The position numbers and the translations under genes were made by a program. From Selaginella moellendorffii (taxonomy: Eukaryota > Plantae > Lycopodiophyta), in contig NW_003314326.1 of assembly GCF_000143415.4 (NCBI RefSeq), forward strand, positions 124,369-188,000: 63,632 bases of DNA. Direction: 5' to 3'. The notes below the pieces were generated by a model. The model was given only the letters and a program-made list of their open reading frames with translations, ran no database searches and was not told where the DNA came from. Shown in pieces: positions 51,301 through 63,632 of this stretch (position 1 is its first letter; every line of letters begins with the position of its first letter).

Positions 51301-51339
51301 CATGTAATAATCCAATTTAGTCAGTGTGGTTGATTATAA

Positions 51340-51455
51340 TCAACTAAATAGAACGACTTGAAAAATGATTTGCAAATATTCAAATATAAATGGAAAAGGC
51401 CCATGAACAAGAATGCACCCTCTTTTCCAATTGGTTAAGGATTTTGGGATACTTG
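51340..51455 (+). mobile_element. Truncated degenerate copy of the Cassandra-like LTR (5' part)
   Basis: CAACTAAA..AACGAC..CAAATATA..AAAGGCCCAT.AACAAGA.TGCACCC.CTTTTCCAA..GGTTAAGG..TTGGGATA matches 17387-17497. Confidence 0.7.
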
Positions 51456-51479
51456 CCTACACAACACTCATAATTGTAT

Positions 51480-52030
51480 AGTATGATTAAAAAGGTGATC
51501 AATAAAATGACTAAGATATGCTAAGAAAGTATTGCATATCATTTATAAACTTTAGCATAGAGAACTTTAGTTGCAAAACTTTTCATACATCATGGAAATG
51601 CTCCTTTTATATCCCCTCTAGATCAAAACATTATCAATAAAGTAAGTGGTCATCTTTGGCATATTATAAAGAACATTGTTTATTATATATTGGAAAGTCA
51701 CCAAAGTATCATCCAACCTTCATAAAATTTTTATATAAACCAAATGGTACATAGAAAGTAGTTTTAGGATATCTTTCTTATCTATCGGCACTTACTAGTA
51801 CCCAACAATGAGATCAAAACATATGAAGTTCATAGTCATCTTTATTTATCATATGTTGCCAAGTCATTAAAGCATCATTTAACCTAAATGACATCACAAA
51901 AAACTCATATAAACCAAATGGTACATGGAAAATAGTCTTAGAGATATCCTCTTTGACTATAGTACTTATTAGTACCCAATAGTGAGATCCAACTAATAGT
52001 TTCACCCCAAATGATATAGGAGATCTATAG
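51480..52030 (-). pseudogene. Degenerate Ty3/gypsy reverse transcriptase fragment with an internal tandem duplication
   Basis: EDISKTIFHVPFGLYEFFVMSFRLNDA (RT KTAF..GLYEF.VMPFGL motif). 51730-51815 repeats 51905-51990. Confidence 0.75.
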
Positions 52031-55000
52031 TATGGGTATACATTTAAAATTGTCACAATATTCAATAAGTAATAGTAAGATCATCAAAAGGATTGAAGAG
52101 AATATAGAAAAGCATAAAGGAAAAATGATAAAAAATAAAAGTGATACAAAAATAATTGAAATAAAGGCAAAAATAATGGGATGGAATGGAATAAAAGCAA
52201 GAAATATGGAAAAAATATAAATAAGTATGAGATAAGAGGGAGAAGCCTCATCATCACATTTGGTATGATTATGTTTCAACTAATCTGTATCAAGAATAAG
52301 GTTAAAAGCTTGATTTAGCACCACTTATAAAGATTGATGCTCAAGATTGTGATCACCTATACATACAATGAAGTCCATAACTATTGTTATAGAGGATGAA
52401 GGTTAGCTTTGTTACATAACACAAATGCAGATGACAACATTTGACAATAGACTATCAAAAATAAATTTAGAATTATATCAACAAATATGAAAAAGATAAC
52501 AATGTTATTAACATATTCACATAAGGACCCTCCACTAAGGACATTCTATAATTTAACAAGTTTTAAAAATAAATATTGAGTGAATTAGTGCCAAGTGAAG
52601 CCCTTGATGATACTTTAAAAGGTTTGTATAATATATCATTTCTTGAAAGAACTTTTATGTCAAGTCCTTCCACTGTAATAACATTGACAAGATGTTATTG
52701 AAACTAAAATTTCCACCTAAGAATTTAAGAAAGTCAATGAAAAAAACATTGACAATACCAATATATGTGGCCAACATCATTACATACTTAACAATGAATG
52801 TCATAACTTTGTTTATATCCTCATCCTTGTCCTTGAATGTGAGTAACAACAACATCAACCCTTATGAAAGCAAAATCATCCCTCACAAAATGTAAAGCTA
52901 AAGTATGTGCAATTACAAGTGGGAGAGGTAATATCTCATAACATTATGTCAACTAAAGAATATGGTCCAAGGTTGCTAAAGCAAGTATATGCATAAGCCC
53001 TACAAAATCTTGACAAAGCATTAGCCACAATATGCCCAACTTGATTCACTTTTATATATTAAACTCTTCACAAAGTAAAAAACTTTAGAAGCAAATACTA
53101 ATTAACTTAAATAACCTTTGATGGAGACAATGTAATTGTTAAAATACATCATCACGATCATCAACATGTTTAAATGCATGCTTGAAGACATTTAAAAGAA
53201 AGTTATAACTTACACAAATAACTTCACTCAAACTATTATACATACCATTGTAATGCCATTCTTTGAAGACAAATGGAAAATTTAAACATATACCCAACAT
53301 TATCATATATATGATAAGTGGTAATCACTATGATGTGATTAAACCAATGTATATATATCATCTCTAGGATTTCCAGAAAATAAATTTAGTTGGACATAAA
53401 AATTGGTAAAGGGAACTAAATTAAATGTTGTGAACACCATCATCAATTAAGTCTAATTATTCAATTGCATTTACATAGCATTAAGTAATTCCACTAATTG
53501 TTGCAAAGCAGAAACAGCCAGCTGCTGCAAAGGGGGCAATTGCCCATCCATGGATGCCAAAAAAGATAAGAAGGAAGAAATGTTTATAAATGGCAAACCA
53601 TTCTAAATGATGGACTTAAACAAATAACTTATAGCCATAAAAAAGAAGTATGTCATGCCATCTAGAATATTTCTAGTATTTAGTGATCTTTACATCAATA
53701 ATGATAAAACTAGATCAAGCAAAAAAGGCACAAATGTAAGCACTCCTTAAGGATCCACTATATAGATTATATTAATTTGTATTAACATATATATAGTGAA
53801 TGATCCAAATTGAATCCAATCCACTATGCTAGTAATAATATATTGCATCATAGACCTTCTAAATGTTATAAACCAAATATTGCTGTATAGTGCAATTATT
53901 GTTATAGAATTCTACAATTCTATAGAAAAATTATTATAGAATTGAAATAGAAAATTTAAAATTTAAAGTTTGAAAGTGGAATTTAAATTCCACCTTTAAA
54001 ATGTCAATGTGAATAGTATTCTGCTAGAAGGATTTCTCCTACTATAAGGGTTGGTCATGGTGGCGGGATCACGCCGTCGCGCTAGTGAACACCTTGGCTC
54101 TTCTTCTACTAGTGGGAAGCGCCCTAGATATGGCGCCTCCTCTTCTTCCTCCACACCCACATTGCTAGGGCGCGGGGGGCGCGCCTCGTCTAGGGCTGCC
54201 AATGGCGTGTCATGATCAAATGCCAGCCAGGTAACAGTGGCAAAGGAGGAAAATTTTGGATTGAGAGAGGATGGACATGAAAAATTGCATAATGGCTGTC
54301 AAATTTGTGTTTTCTAACTTATTAGAAATCTCTTATCAAGATCTTGGTATGGTCTTTGGACCACCATGTGTTCTCCTCGAGCAGCTTGAGGCTGGCCTAT
54401 GTATAATGCTCTTGAGGTCCTGGCAATCACCAATATGGTTTCCTAGCTCCTGAACCCCTCCTGAATCATGCATGATCCATCGTCCAGAAGTTGTATGTCA
54501 TGGATTAGTCAGTGATGCTCGTATAATGGTAGAGTCCATCCAATGAACAATTGCCATGGACATGTCAGTAGCTTGTAGAACTCCCACAAAGACTAGAAAG
54601 TAACAGTTGCTGCTGAAGTCTGGCACAACTTGAAACAATTACTGCTTTTGCAAGTACGCAAAAGCACATCACTGGAGACAAATACCCAATCTGGGAAAAT
54701 GCTGCAATGCAAGCAATCCTTCCATGTACAAGCTTCTGGTGGTTGCCAAGCAGAAAAATAGCCCGAAAATGTCTCAAGCTGTGCTCCTCCATGAAAAACT
54801 AAATTAAACAAAAGTCAGGAAACAACACCAATGAGAAACCAGAGTAGAGAGGTGGCTTGGCTGTCTAGAAAGTTGCAGCAGGCTCCCAGCACCCAAATGA
54901 GCCTCAGAAATTAGAGCATTCTCACAGAAGCATCTACTGAACTACCTTCCAAGTGGATGTGGAGCATCATTAGCTGGCAAGCATGCATTCGCTTTGCTGC

Positions 55001-55437
55001 TTATAGCGAATGCCCTCGTGAGGTATTTGATATAGACTAGGTAGTGCGGCTTTGGAGACCTGAGCATGCTCTATTGACGAGCTCTCCCATGTTGAGGCGC
55101 TAGTAGCAATTGCCGCACATGCACCTCTCTTAATACCCGAAAGACACACAAAAGCTACAAAACAATGCCGAAGGCACAGAATTGTAGCTCAGGGGATGCT
55201 GGGCACTTAACCCACTGAGCAACATTTGCCCTGTTGCAATCTCATAAGCATACAACTCCTTTGTCACACAACACTCTTACAAGATAACGGAGATACAGAG
55301 TGGGGAAGCATAACCTCCACAGGGTTGTTGGTTGGACACTCCATGGGAGGAACGCCACTGATATGCCATCGAGGTATCGGGCCCAGCCTACACCCGCTTG
55401 TGCTCTACTGCCTAGTACGCGTCTTGCGGTGTATGAC

Positions 55438-55992
55438 GAAGCTCATATGTTCCGGCTTGGCAAGGATTCAAGGAACAAGGAGAATGCAGCTGCTGTTCTC
55501 CTGGCTCTGGGCCAGAACAACTCATCTCAACAGTACGTGCCTTGGTGGTGGAGCTCGAGCAAAATTGCACCAGCAGGGCCAGGCGCAAAGCGAGTTTGAT
55601 CCTGGAGTTGATGCACAAGCAACAGCAAGAACAGTTGAGCAAGCAAGGAGAAGAGAACCAAACAGGATCAACAATTCAATGCCGTTAATACGTTCTCGAC
55701 ATGCTTACACAAGCAGGGCAGACAGGATGGCGCTTCAAAGTGCTGTGCTGGGCGGTTCACCATCAATCAACAACTGTTCGTCCTCAGGCCAAGCTTGGCG
55801 GTTTGTTCATTCACTGGTCTCTGAGCATGAGCAGAGCCGAAGCAGCAGTTTTACACAGACTTGGTTTGGATTGACAGGGATGGCGCAATGGAATGTGGCA
55901 GCTCCTCTCGTTCTAACGAGCGTCATGATTCAGCTGCGCAGCCGGATGAATCGCATGCACTTGGAGGTGGATGGATTGGACGCGGACACTTA
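55438..55992 (+). pseudogene. Duplicated 3' end and downstream flank of the U-box/ARM gene
   Basis: [16 protein letters not shown] and GGCGCAAAGCGAG.TTGATCCTGGAG.TGATGCACAAGCAACAGCAAGAACAG match 43213-43756, with frameshifting indels. Confidence 0.85.
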
Positions 55993-56405
55993 ACGTGTAC
56001 TGTCTTACACAAAGCAACGAGACGATCTTTAATGTTTGAAAGCAACTTCCCATAAGCCAAAATGTCAAGTAAAGCATATCTTTTGTTTGTGGCGGTTCAA
56101 CATCACGGGCACTCAATTCACATTCGCCAGGATCAGGCAGGATCCCTGCCGAAAATCCTGGTAGCTAAAGTTCATTGCAACATCCAAGGGCGATGTTTCA
56201 CACTGTTCGACAATACAAAATTAGCCATGGCAGTGAAGATTAGGAACGAAATGACACGAGCTCGTTCGCCGTCCATCCGTCCGTCCTGCTCCTATATTGC
56301 TTGTGATATACCAAGCAAGCTTTTAATACCACCAAAATAGCACTCATTGAATTGAGTTTGGTCAATCTGAGCGCTTGCTTTGCTTGCGAGAGATACTTCT
56401 TCAGC

Positions 56406-59173
56406 TCAAGAAACAGAGTGACTGCGATGGTGCTGGCAAGGACGCCTTTGGCCACTGGATAGATTGTTGTTTGGAGTGGCGGGCCTCGTACCGGATCTTG
56501 CAGGAAGAGCTTCAAACTCATTAGTACTACTTGTGAATGTGGAGCGGTGCTGTTCCTCTTCGTCCACGTCGGTGGAGGTGGTGGTGGTATTGCTAACGTC
56601 ATAGCACGCATTGTATTTGCCCCTCCACAAGCTCCCCAGCCCGAGCTTTTTAAACGTCTTGAGCAGCCTGTGACCAAAGTTGATGCCGGCCCGTTGGCTG
56701 TGCAACATTTGGCCTATACAGTTTGTCGAGTAGGAGGCCTTCTTGTGAGCGTTGGGGCCGCTTGCGTTTAAGTGCTCCATGCCCGGGCATTTGTTCTGTT
56801 GCAGCGTCTTCTTCACCTGCGCAAGCTCCTTCTCGAGGTGCTTGAGTCGCGACTTGGCTGCTTCAAAGTCACGGTTGACATACAAGGCCCTGGTGTTGTG
56901 CTGAGAATCCACGACGTAAGGGAAGTCGGACGAAGGGCACTTGCTACTATCATCGGGCTGCGCCTGGGTGGAGCCGCTGAACTGCTCGCGGTGGAACCGA
57001 TGGCTGGATGATCTCTTCGGAGCTGCCTCGGCCGCGATCCTGCCGTTTGTGTTGGTGGTGGCTACGGAGGATGAGACACGGATGTCTTTGCAAGGCTCGG
57101 GACTAGAACAAGCAACAGCCGTGTCGTGTCTGGGAAGCTCTCCGCTGGGGGGCACTGGCGGTGCTGGCGACGAGTGATGGCGGCTCTGAAGCTGCTCCAT
57201 GAACATAGCTTGCACGATAGTCCTCAGGGGCATGAGCTCGTTTTGCACGGCGTGAATGCACGCCTCTTGGGACAGCTTCTGGCAATTGAGGCTCCTACAC
57301 ACGAGCAGTCGCTCCGAGTGTGTTACATGGGGATGGGACTGCGCAAAAGCGTTCGCAGTGATGATCATATTGATAGACATGACTTACCTTCAAGTAGACA
57401 TGGATCGCCTTGTAGAGCTGGTCGTGGCTTGTCCGAGCACAAGCCGGGAAGACGTCAATGAGGTCAGACAAGGTGACAGGGTTGATCCCTGGATCATATC
57501 CCAGATACTCCAAATAACCATCCCAGATCTTGGAAACGGTATTCACTGCTTCAATGTTGGTGAAGAAAAGCAGTGTTTCGTCCCTGCTGCTGCTAAACAC
57601 ATGACTTCCACCACCACCTTGCTTACGATCATCTTGTTGTTGCTGCTGCTGCTGCTGCAAAAAGAGCGAAGCAATCTGGCGGGCACTCTCCAGCTGAGCC
57701 TTTGACGTCCGACCATCCTTGAGTGGCAGCCCCAGAAGCAAATCGTCCACGCTCGCAAGCTCCAGCTGACAGGCAATCCGGGTCTCTATCTGGAGCCGGC
57801 ATTCCGTGCTAGCGCCGACTCCCAGTGCATGCCGCAGAAGCCGGAAGAGGAAGCTCACCGGGAGAAGCTGCTGCTTCTCCACGGGCAGCAAGCGTACCAT
57901 GGACTCTAGCAGCCGGCACTTGTCGCTCCTTTGCTCCAGCTTCTCCAGCCTCTGGCTGCCGCACCACAAGTAGTAGTCCCTGTTCTTGTGCTGCTGGTCC
58001 GCGTCGCCACGACCAAATATCCACCTCTCCACGCACTTGATCATGAGCTGCCCGATGACGCGCTCCGCCATCCCTTGCCTCCGGGTGGCAGCGACGATCC
58101 TCGCAAACAAGGCATATGGGAGCTCCACCAGCTGTTGCATCCACCACTCCGGAGCTGCAATGGATTCTTGGTCGTCCACCAGCTGGGTGCAAGCGATGGA
58201 GGCGAGTGAATCGACACAGCGGGTGACAATGAGGAGCTCGTCGGCGAGCGGGAGGAGGCGTTGGATGTCGGCGGCAAGAACACCGATGCTGCCCTCCCAG
58301 CTCTGGAGTGCCACTTTGGTGAGGTACATGTCGCACAGCTCCGCCAGGCTGCCCCGACCCATCTCCGCGCTCATCTCCAGGTACTCGGCAGCGCAGCGCA
58401 GCATGGCCACATTGCTCGGCTCCACCACGATGTGAGCGCCGTAGCAAAACGCTGCCGCCCACCCAAATGCCTCGGCGCCGCCAGGAAAGTCGCCACCCAG
58501 CTCCACCTCTACCACCTCTCCGCTCGCTTTCTTCGACTTGGCAGATTGGAGCACTCGCCGCAGAAGCCCACTCCTTGACACCAGCGGCAGCTGTAACGGA
58601 TGGCCATTCGATCAGTATCTCGGTTTTCCAAAGCTTTGGAACTGTACCTCGTGGAGCTCAAAGGTCGCGCCTTGGACATGAACTCTCACCCTCGCTACCG
58701 CTCCGGTGGCCTCACACCTACATACCATCCAAAGCAATGAATCCAATGAATCCAATAAATCAGACCCACCATGCCAAGACGCTCTGCTGGAGGAGGAGTC
58801 TGGGCGAGGAGGAGGCAGAGGATGGTGAAGAAGAGGATGTCGACGACGAGGACCATGTCGATGCCACATTGACATTGCCGTGATCATGCATCACTACCAT
58901 GCCCACATCCTTGCTCTCCCGATCAAGCTCCTTCTCTTGGCGGCACGGATATCCCACAGCAGATGATCGATCATCTGCTGCTACCCCAGGGCTGGACAGC
59001 ATCTCTGGCTCCACCGGCTCGTCTTCAAACGACTCGAAGATGGTCTCCATCCTCGCGGGCCTTGCGAACTCCTCGATCGCCGCACATAAATCTTCCTCTT
59101 CCAGTTGCATCAGCTCCTCCTGTGCCTGGGGATCACAGGAGGAAGAGGGGGACAGTAGCACACCTCTGGCCAT
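56406..59173 (-). CDS. BTB/POZ-NPH3 family protein (NRL), about 4 exons
   Basis: VHVQGATFELHE|LPLVSRSG, DFPGGAEAF..FCYG, AMLRCAAEYLEMS, QLELASVDDLL, ARTSHDQLYKAIHVYLK|SHPH..CQKLSQEACIHAVQNELMPLRTIVQ. Confidence 0.93.
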
Positions 59174-59883
59174 GGCTTGATTCTTCAATCCTAGAGAAGT
59201 TCCTCGTTCTTCTTCAGACACAAAGATGGGAAGGGAGGGAGAAACACAAACACGTCCATCCCGGGCATTTTCAAGTGTGTGGAAAGCGACTAGCGCTGAG
59301 GGGAGAGAGAGAGAGAGAGAGAATATGCGATAATACGATCACTGGTTAAAAGCAAGTTGGCGTTGGCCCAGTCAAATTATCCAGTCGTCATCGTCAATCG
59401 TCATTCTCTCTCTGGTTTCGAATTTAAGAGGTTGGTTGGGCTCGATGAATCATTAAACTCGAAATCTTCCCTTCCTCTTAACTCTTCCTCGAGCCTCAAA
59501 ACGAAACAATCCTCCTCGGTCTAGCTAAAACCCGTATTTCTTGAGTTGGAATTCCACACATGGAAAGATTACAAGCTTATACTCGCGAATAGCGCATTCA
59601 AGAATAAAAAAAAACCGGTCCGTTATTGTTCCATCGCCCGACTGGAAACTCAAAGCAGCTTCTCGACTGATCGAGCTCAAACGGATCACGGATGGATGAG
59701 ACCTCGAGCGTCCAGCGGCTAACTTGGGCTAGCACACTGCGCTTGCTTGTGTATATCACACATACATACCTTGGTTTTTATTCTCGCTGTAGCACCGCCT
59801 TTGGTAGCATACTTACGTAGAAGATAGACTCGTCCGCCGCTGGATGCGAGCGAGATGAGAGGATGGATCAACCACGCCGTTGC

Positions 59884-62516
59884 TCACGATGCCCGCTCCA
59901 CCCAGCTGCTGCTGAGAACTTGGACTTTCGCAGCTGCGGCTGGCTGGATGTAAACGAAGACGAGGCTCCCGTGCGGCGACAAGGAATGCAGCCACTCGGG
60001 GAAAGTGTAGGCAGTGGCGTCGGTCTTGGTGAGCCCCCACAGCGGGCCTTGGAGATTGTCAATGCGGAGGTTGAGGCTCGACAGCGTGTGCTTGGATGCA
60101 TTGGTGGCATTCACCGCGTACTTGTAGTATGTCTGGCCCTTGAACAGCCAAGATGCCACTGTCTCGTGCGTTAACTCCACCGAGTCATCTGGATATGCAA
60201 ACGCGGCTGGCAGTGTCAGAGAAAGAAAAGCTTCCACCAGCACGGAATTAGCTACCTGGACGGCTTGCAGCACTGGTTGGAGGCAGCGGCAATGCCTCCA
60301 CTGGGTTTGTGCTCAAGTCGGATCCGGAGTCGTCGCGGGAGTTGTAGTAGCCGCCGTGGAGCCTGGCGAGAACGCCCATGAGCGGGCCGTTTGTGTAGAT
60401 TGCTGGTTCCGTTTGCTCAAAGTTGTCCCTCTCGTCCGCAAAGTTGTCGTTTTGATCCGGTCCTCCCACCACGGCACCCGTGAGAATGTTGGGATCGCGG
60501 TCTCGCCTCTTGTACCAGGTTGCATATCCACCGCGGCAGCTCACGAACGAGGGGTTCACCTTGTACGACACAATGGACGAGGCTCGGTGGTGAACTTCCT
60601 GGGGAAAGTTGGCACCAAACCCAACCATGTAACTCGTCGCTCGAGGATTGTCTCCCAAGATGTAGTCCACCTGTGTTGAAGAACACACGCAACGTTGATC
60701 CAATCCAGGAAAGGGTATTTGACTTGAGAAATTTACCTGAGACTGTGCCATCCGAAGCAGCTCGCCTGGCCCAACTCTCTGCCCCGGGCACTGGAGTTGC
60801 TGCCCGGAGCTTGCTAGATAATCCGAGTACACGGTGAGAAGGAACGCTGCGCCCGTCACATATTGCATGTTGTTCCAAGATCTTACGTAGAGCAAGCCAC
60901 CTGCATGTGAAACATAAGATGACATTTGTGAAGTTGCTAAGAACACTTACCCGGTGTCCGCTGGACGTTTCCTCCGCCGCCGTTCTTTTGCAAGCAGGCG
61001 CAGAGGAAGAAATTGGCTTTGGACTGGTAGCTCCTCAACACCGATGCGTGCTGCCCTCCTCTCCCTTGAAGCAACACCTGTCCGCATCCAAAGGGAAGAA
61101 ATTTCAGTTCATGTAGTATAAGAGTCGCTTGGATACCTTGGAAGCAAGGACTTGGACACCCGCATACTTGACGTCCCAACTGAATTCTTTCATGTCCCAG
61201 CCTAGGCCCCCGAGAGTGCCCGCATTGTTGGCAGCGTAGCTGAGGTAGAAATCGTCGTGAGTTGCCTGGTGAAGCCACAGGGCTGCCCACAGCAGCTCGT
61301 CCTGCATTTGATGCATTGCTGTATCAAGTGGATCTTTGATGATAAGGGACGCTCACCGCATAGCCACTCTTGGAGTTGTAAAACTTTTGAGCCACCGAAA
61401 TGCTGGCGTCGTACTTGCCGCGGCGTGTGTCGGCAAACTGGAAGAGCTGCACGACGCAAAAGCAAAGAAGATAGTAAGTATGCTACTTAGCTGTCATGGA
61501 AAAAAGAAAGCTCGTCTCTTCTTTACACTTGCCTGCTTGGAGTGAGCCAGGAGATTGTTTGCGTATGCTGCATTGTGCCTTCTAAAGACAATGGAAGCGG
61601 CAGCGAGAGCGGCGGCAGTTTCGCCCGCCAAATCCGACCCTGGGTTGCTCGCATCGATCTTGTAAGCTTTCCGGGGCGTTGTCATGTCCTCGGGCCTTTG
61701 CCAGCAGAAGTGATCCGTGAATCCATCACCCACCTTAGTGAAAGGAAGTTGTGAGATACACAAGTAGAGCATGGTTAACTTTTTTTACCTCGCCCCAGAG
61801 CACATTGGGCTGTGGGTGTGCCTTGACGAGGTAGTCGGCCCCCCATTTGATGGCGTCGAGGGTGTAGCCGAGCTGACCACTCGACTGGAGCTGCTTGTGG
61901 AACTCGATGGCGCTCCACGACATCATGGTGATGGTGAAGGCCATGGGCAGACCAAACTTGACATTGTCGCCCGCGTCGTAATACCCTCCAACCAAATCCA
62001 CCTGGTAGTTCCAGCGCCACCATCAATCACCACAACGCAAAGTACTCAATTCGCAAAGGCACATCCGAAAGGGAAAGATATCCTAGAATGCAGCTATCTA
62101 CACGCGAAAGTGCTCAAGCAAGCCAAGAAGCAACAACTAAGCTACAGTCGCTAGCTGCTGTTGGCACCACCACAACAACGACATCTCAGCCGACATATAT
62201 ATCCACACAAGACTGGAAGATCTAGCATCCTATCATGAGCTAACGACAACTATATAGATCAATCTCTCGACACCAGCATACCACATTCTCGCGCACTGCT
62301 TACCCCCTGAGATTTGCCATCCAAGAGTGCTGAATCGGAGCGCCAGGCCGCCCTCTGGTCCGTGGGGAGCCGCCCAGATCTCTGCGCCTCGTAAAACAGG
62401 ATGCTCTTGCTCAGCGCATCCTTGTAATCAAAGGCCGACTGCCCGGCGCTGGCCAGGAGCAGCACGGCCCACCCCAGCACCCACATTCTGCCCGATCTTG
62501 CTGCTGCTGCTGCCAT
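59884..62516 (-). CDS. Glycoside hydrolase family 9 class C endo-1,4-beta-glucanase with CBM49, multi-exon
   Basis: Signal peptide; [55 protein letters not shown]; C-terminal CBM49-like domain (GPLWGL..TFPEWL). Confidence 0.95.
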
Positions 62517-63313
62517 CTTTGTGCTGGAGTGGAGGCTCTTCCTCCTCGGCCCTGGTACTGCGACCTCCACTCAATCGATAAGTTACAACTCACAGCAGCA
62601 GTAGAAGGAGCATTCTAAGGAAAAGAGCGATGCGAGATGTGGAAGCGCCTCTATGTTTAGCATGAGAGAGCTGCTGCTGGCTGGGTTTGCTGTGTTTCCT
62701 TGTTCTGTCTTGAATGCCCAAGCGAGAATGGGGGGCGAAGCGAGCTCGAACTCGTCAGCTCCAGACCATGGCAGCAGCAGCAGCAGCAGTAGCAGCAGCG
62801 GCGGCCAGGCAAAACAACAAAAGAAATGGAAAGCGACGCACACTCCTTCCTCTCTCTCTCGCGATGGAGTGTGTGTGTGTGTGGAGTGGCCTCCCTTTAA
62901 AAGCTTTAACAGTTAGTTATCCCACAATCAAGTTATTCGCCCTAACTTGGATGCTGACTTAAGCCCTAAATCGGCCGGCGGTTACCTCTCGGCGGCTTTG
63001 AATGCGGGCGGCATATACCCCGGTTCCCATCCGACGGCCCACATTCGCCCATCCCAGCTCACTGGTATACAGTCTTCAGACAATGCAGATTTATAAGAGT
63101 TGTTGCAAGTTGCAGGGAAGAATCGGATCAATCCCTTCGCTTTTGCTGCCTTAGCGTTTTTCCCAACCAGATCTTTCGAGCCGACTGACCTATGTCACCG
63201 ATTGCCGCCGCGTGTCGCGATCGGGACGCCAGGGATATTCCTCCCCGCGCTTAAATATGCGCTCTTTTGGCAAGAAGCCCTTCTTCAAGTTCTTCTGACA
63301 TAAGCCAGCAGCA

Positions 63314-63632
63314 ATGGGTAAGAAAGACGCGGCAAAGGGCCACCACCATCACGGTCACGGTCATGGTCATGGCGGCTATCCCACCGGCTATCCTCCACAA
63401 GGTAGTAAGATCTCTCGAGTTTAGCTGGAGATTTTCCCCCTCTCAAATCCTTTTCTTGGCACCGGGCAGGCTATTATCCACAGCAGCAGTACTACGGTCC
63501 GCCAAGGAGGCATGGAGGCGGTGGATTCCTCCGAGGCTGGTAAGTAAAAGCTCAAGCTTCTATTTCTTCCATTTTGCGGATCTCAGGAGTTTACTTTCAT
63601 CAGCTTGGCTGCCCTGTGTTGCTGCTGCCTGG
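63314..63632 (+). CDS. CYSTM-type cysteine-rich tail-anchored protein with His-rich N-terminus (partial, runs off the window)
   Basis: Spliced MGKKDAAKGHHHHGHGHGHGGYPTGYPPQ|GYYPQQQYYGPPRRHGGGGFLRGC|LAALCCCCL. Introns ~63402-63469 and 63540-63603. Confidence 0.85.

Overview
Plant nuclear DNA. The very short (~50 nt) GT-AG introns, compact genes, DYW-less PLS-PPR cluster and full four-domain PHYLLO point to a lycophyte such as Selaginella; this is an inference. 1-20.5 kb is a nested transposon graveyard. It holds an internally deleted chromodomain Ty3/gypsy element with minisatellite-bearing LTRs, a 1.9-kb solo LTR (5-bp TSD) splitting an older integrase, and a 194-bp solo LTR carrying a 5S rRNA internal-promoter segment (Cassandra-like). 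It also holds a TRIM, a TIR element and a peroxidase pseudogene. 20.6-48 kb is gene-dense: PHYLLO with an intact MenF module, a Gly-rich putatively mitochondrial protein, five intronless PLS-E PPR genes packed almost without spacers, a U-box/ARM E3 ligase, a TIC32-like SDR and a divergent violaxanthin de-epoxidase. 49-56 kb holds MULE and gypsy relics and a duplicated U-box gene tail. 56-63.6 kb encodes an NPH3/BTB protein, a GH9C endoglucanase and a partial His-rich CYSTM protein. All calls were read by eye, and exon and element boundaries are approximate unless a motif is quoted.
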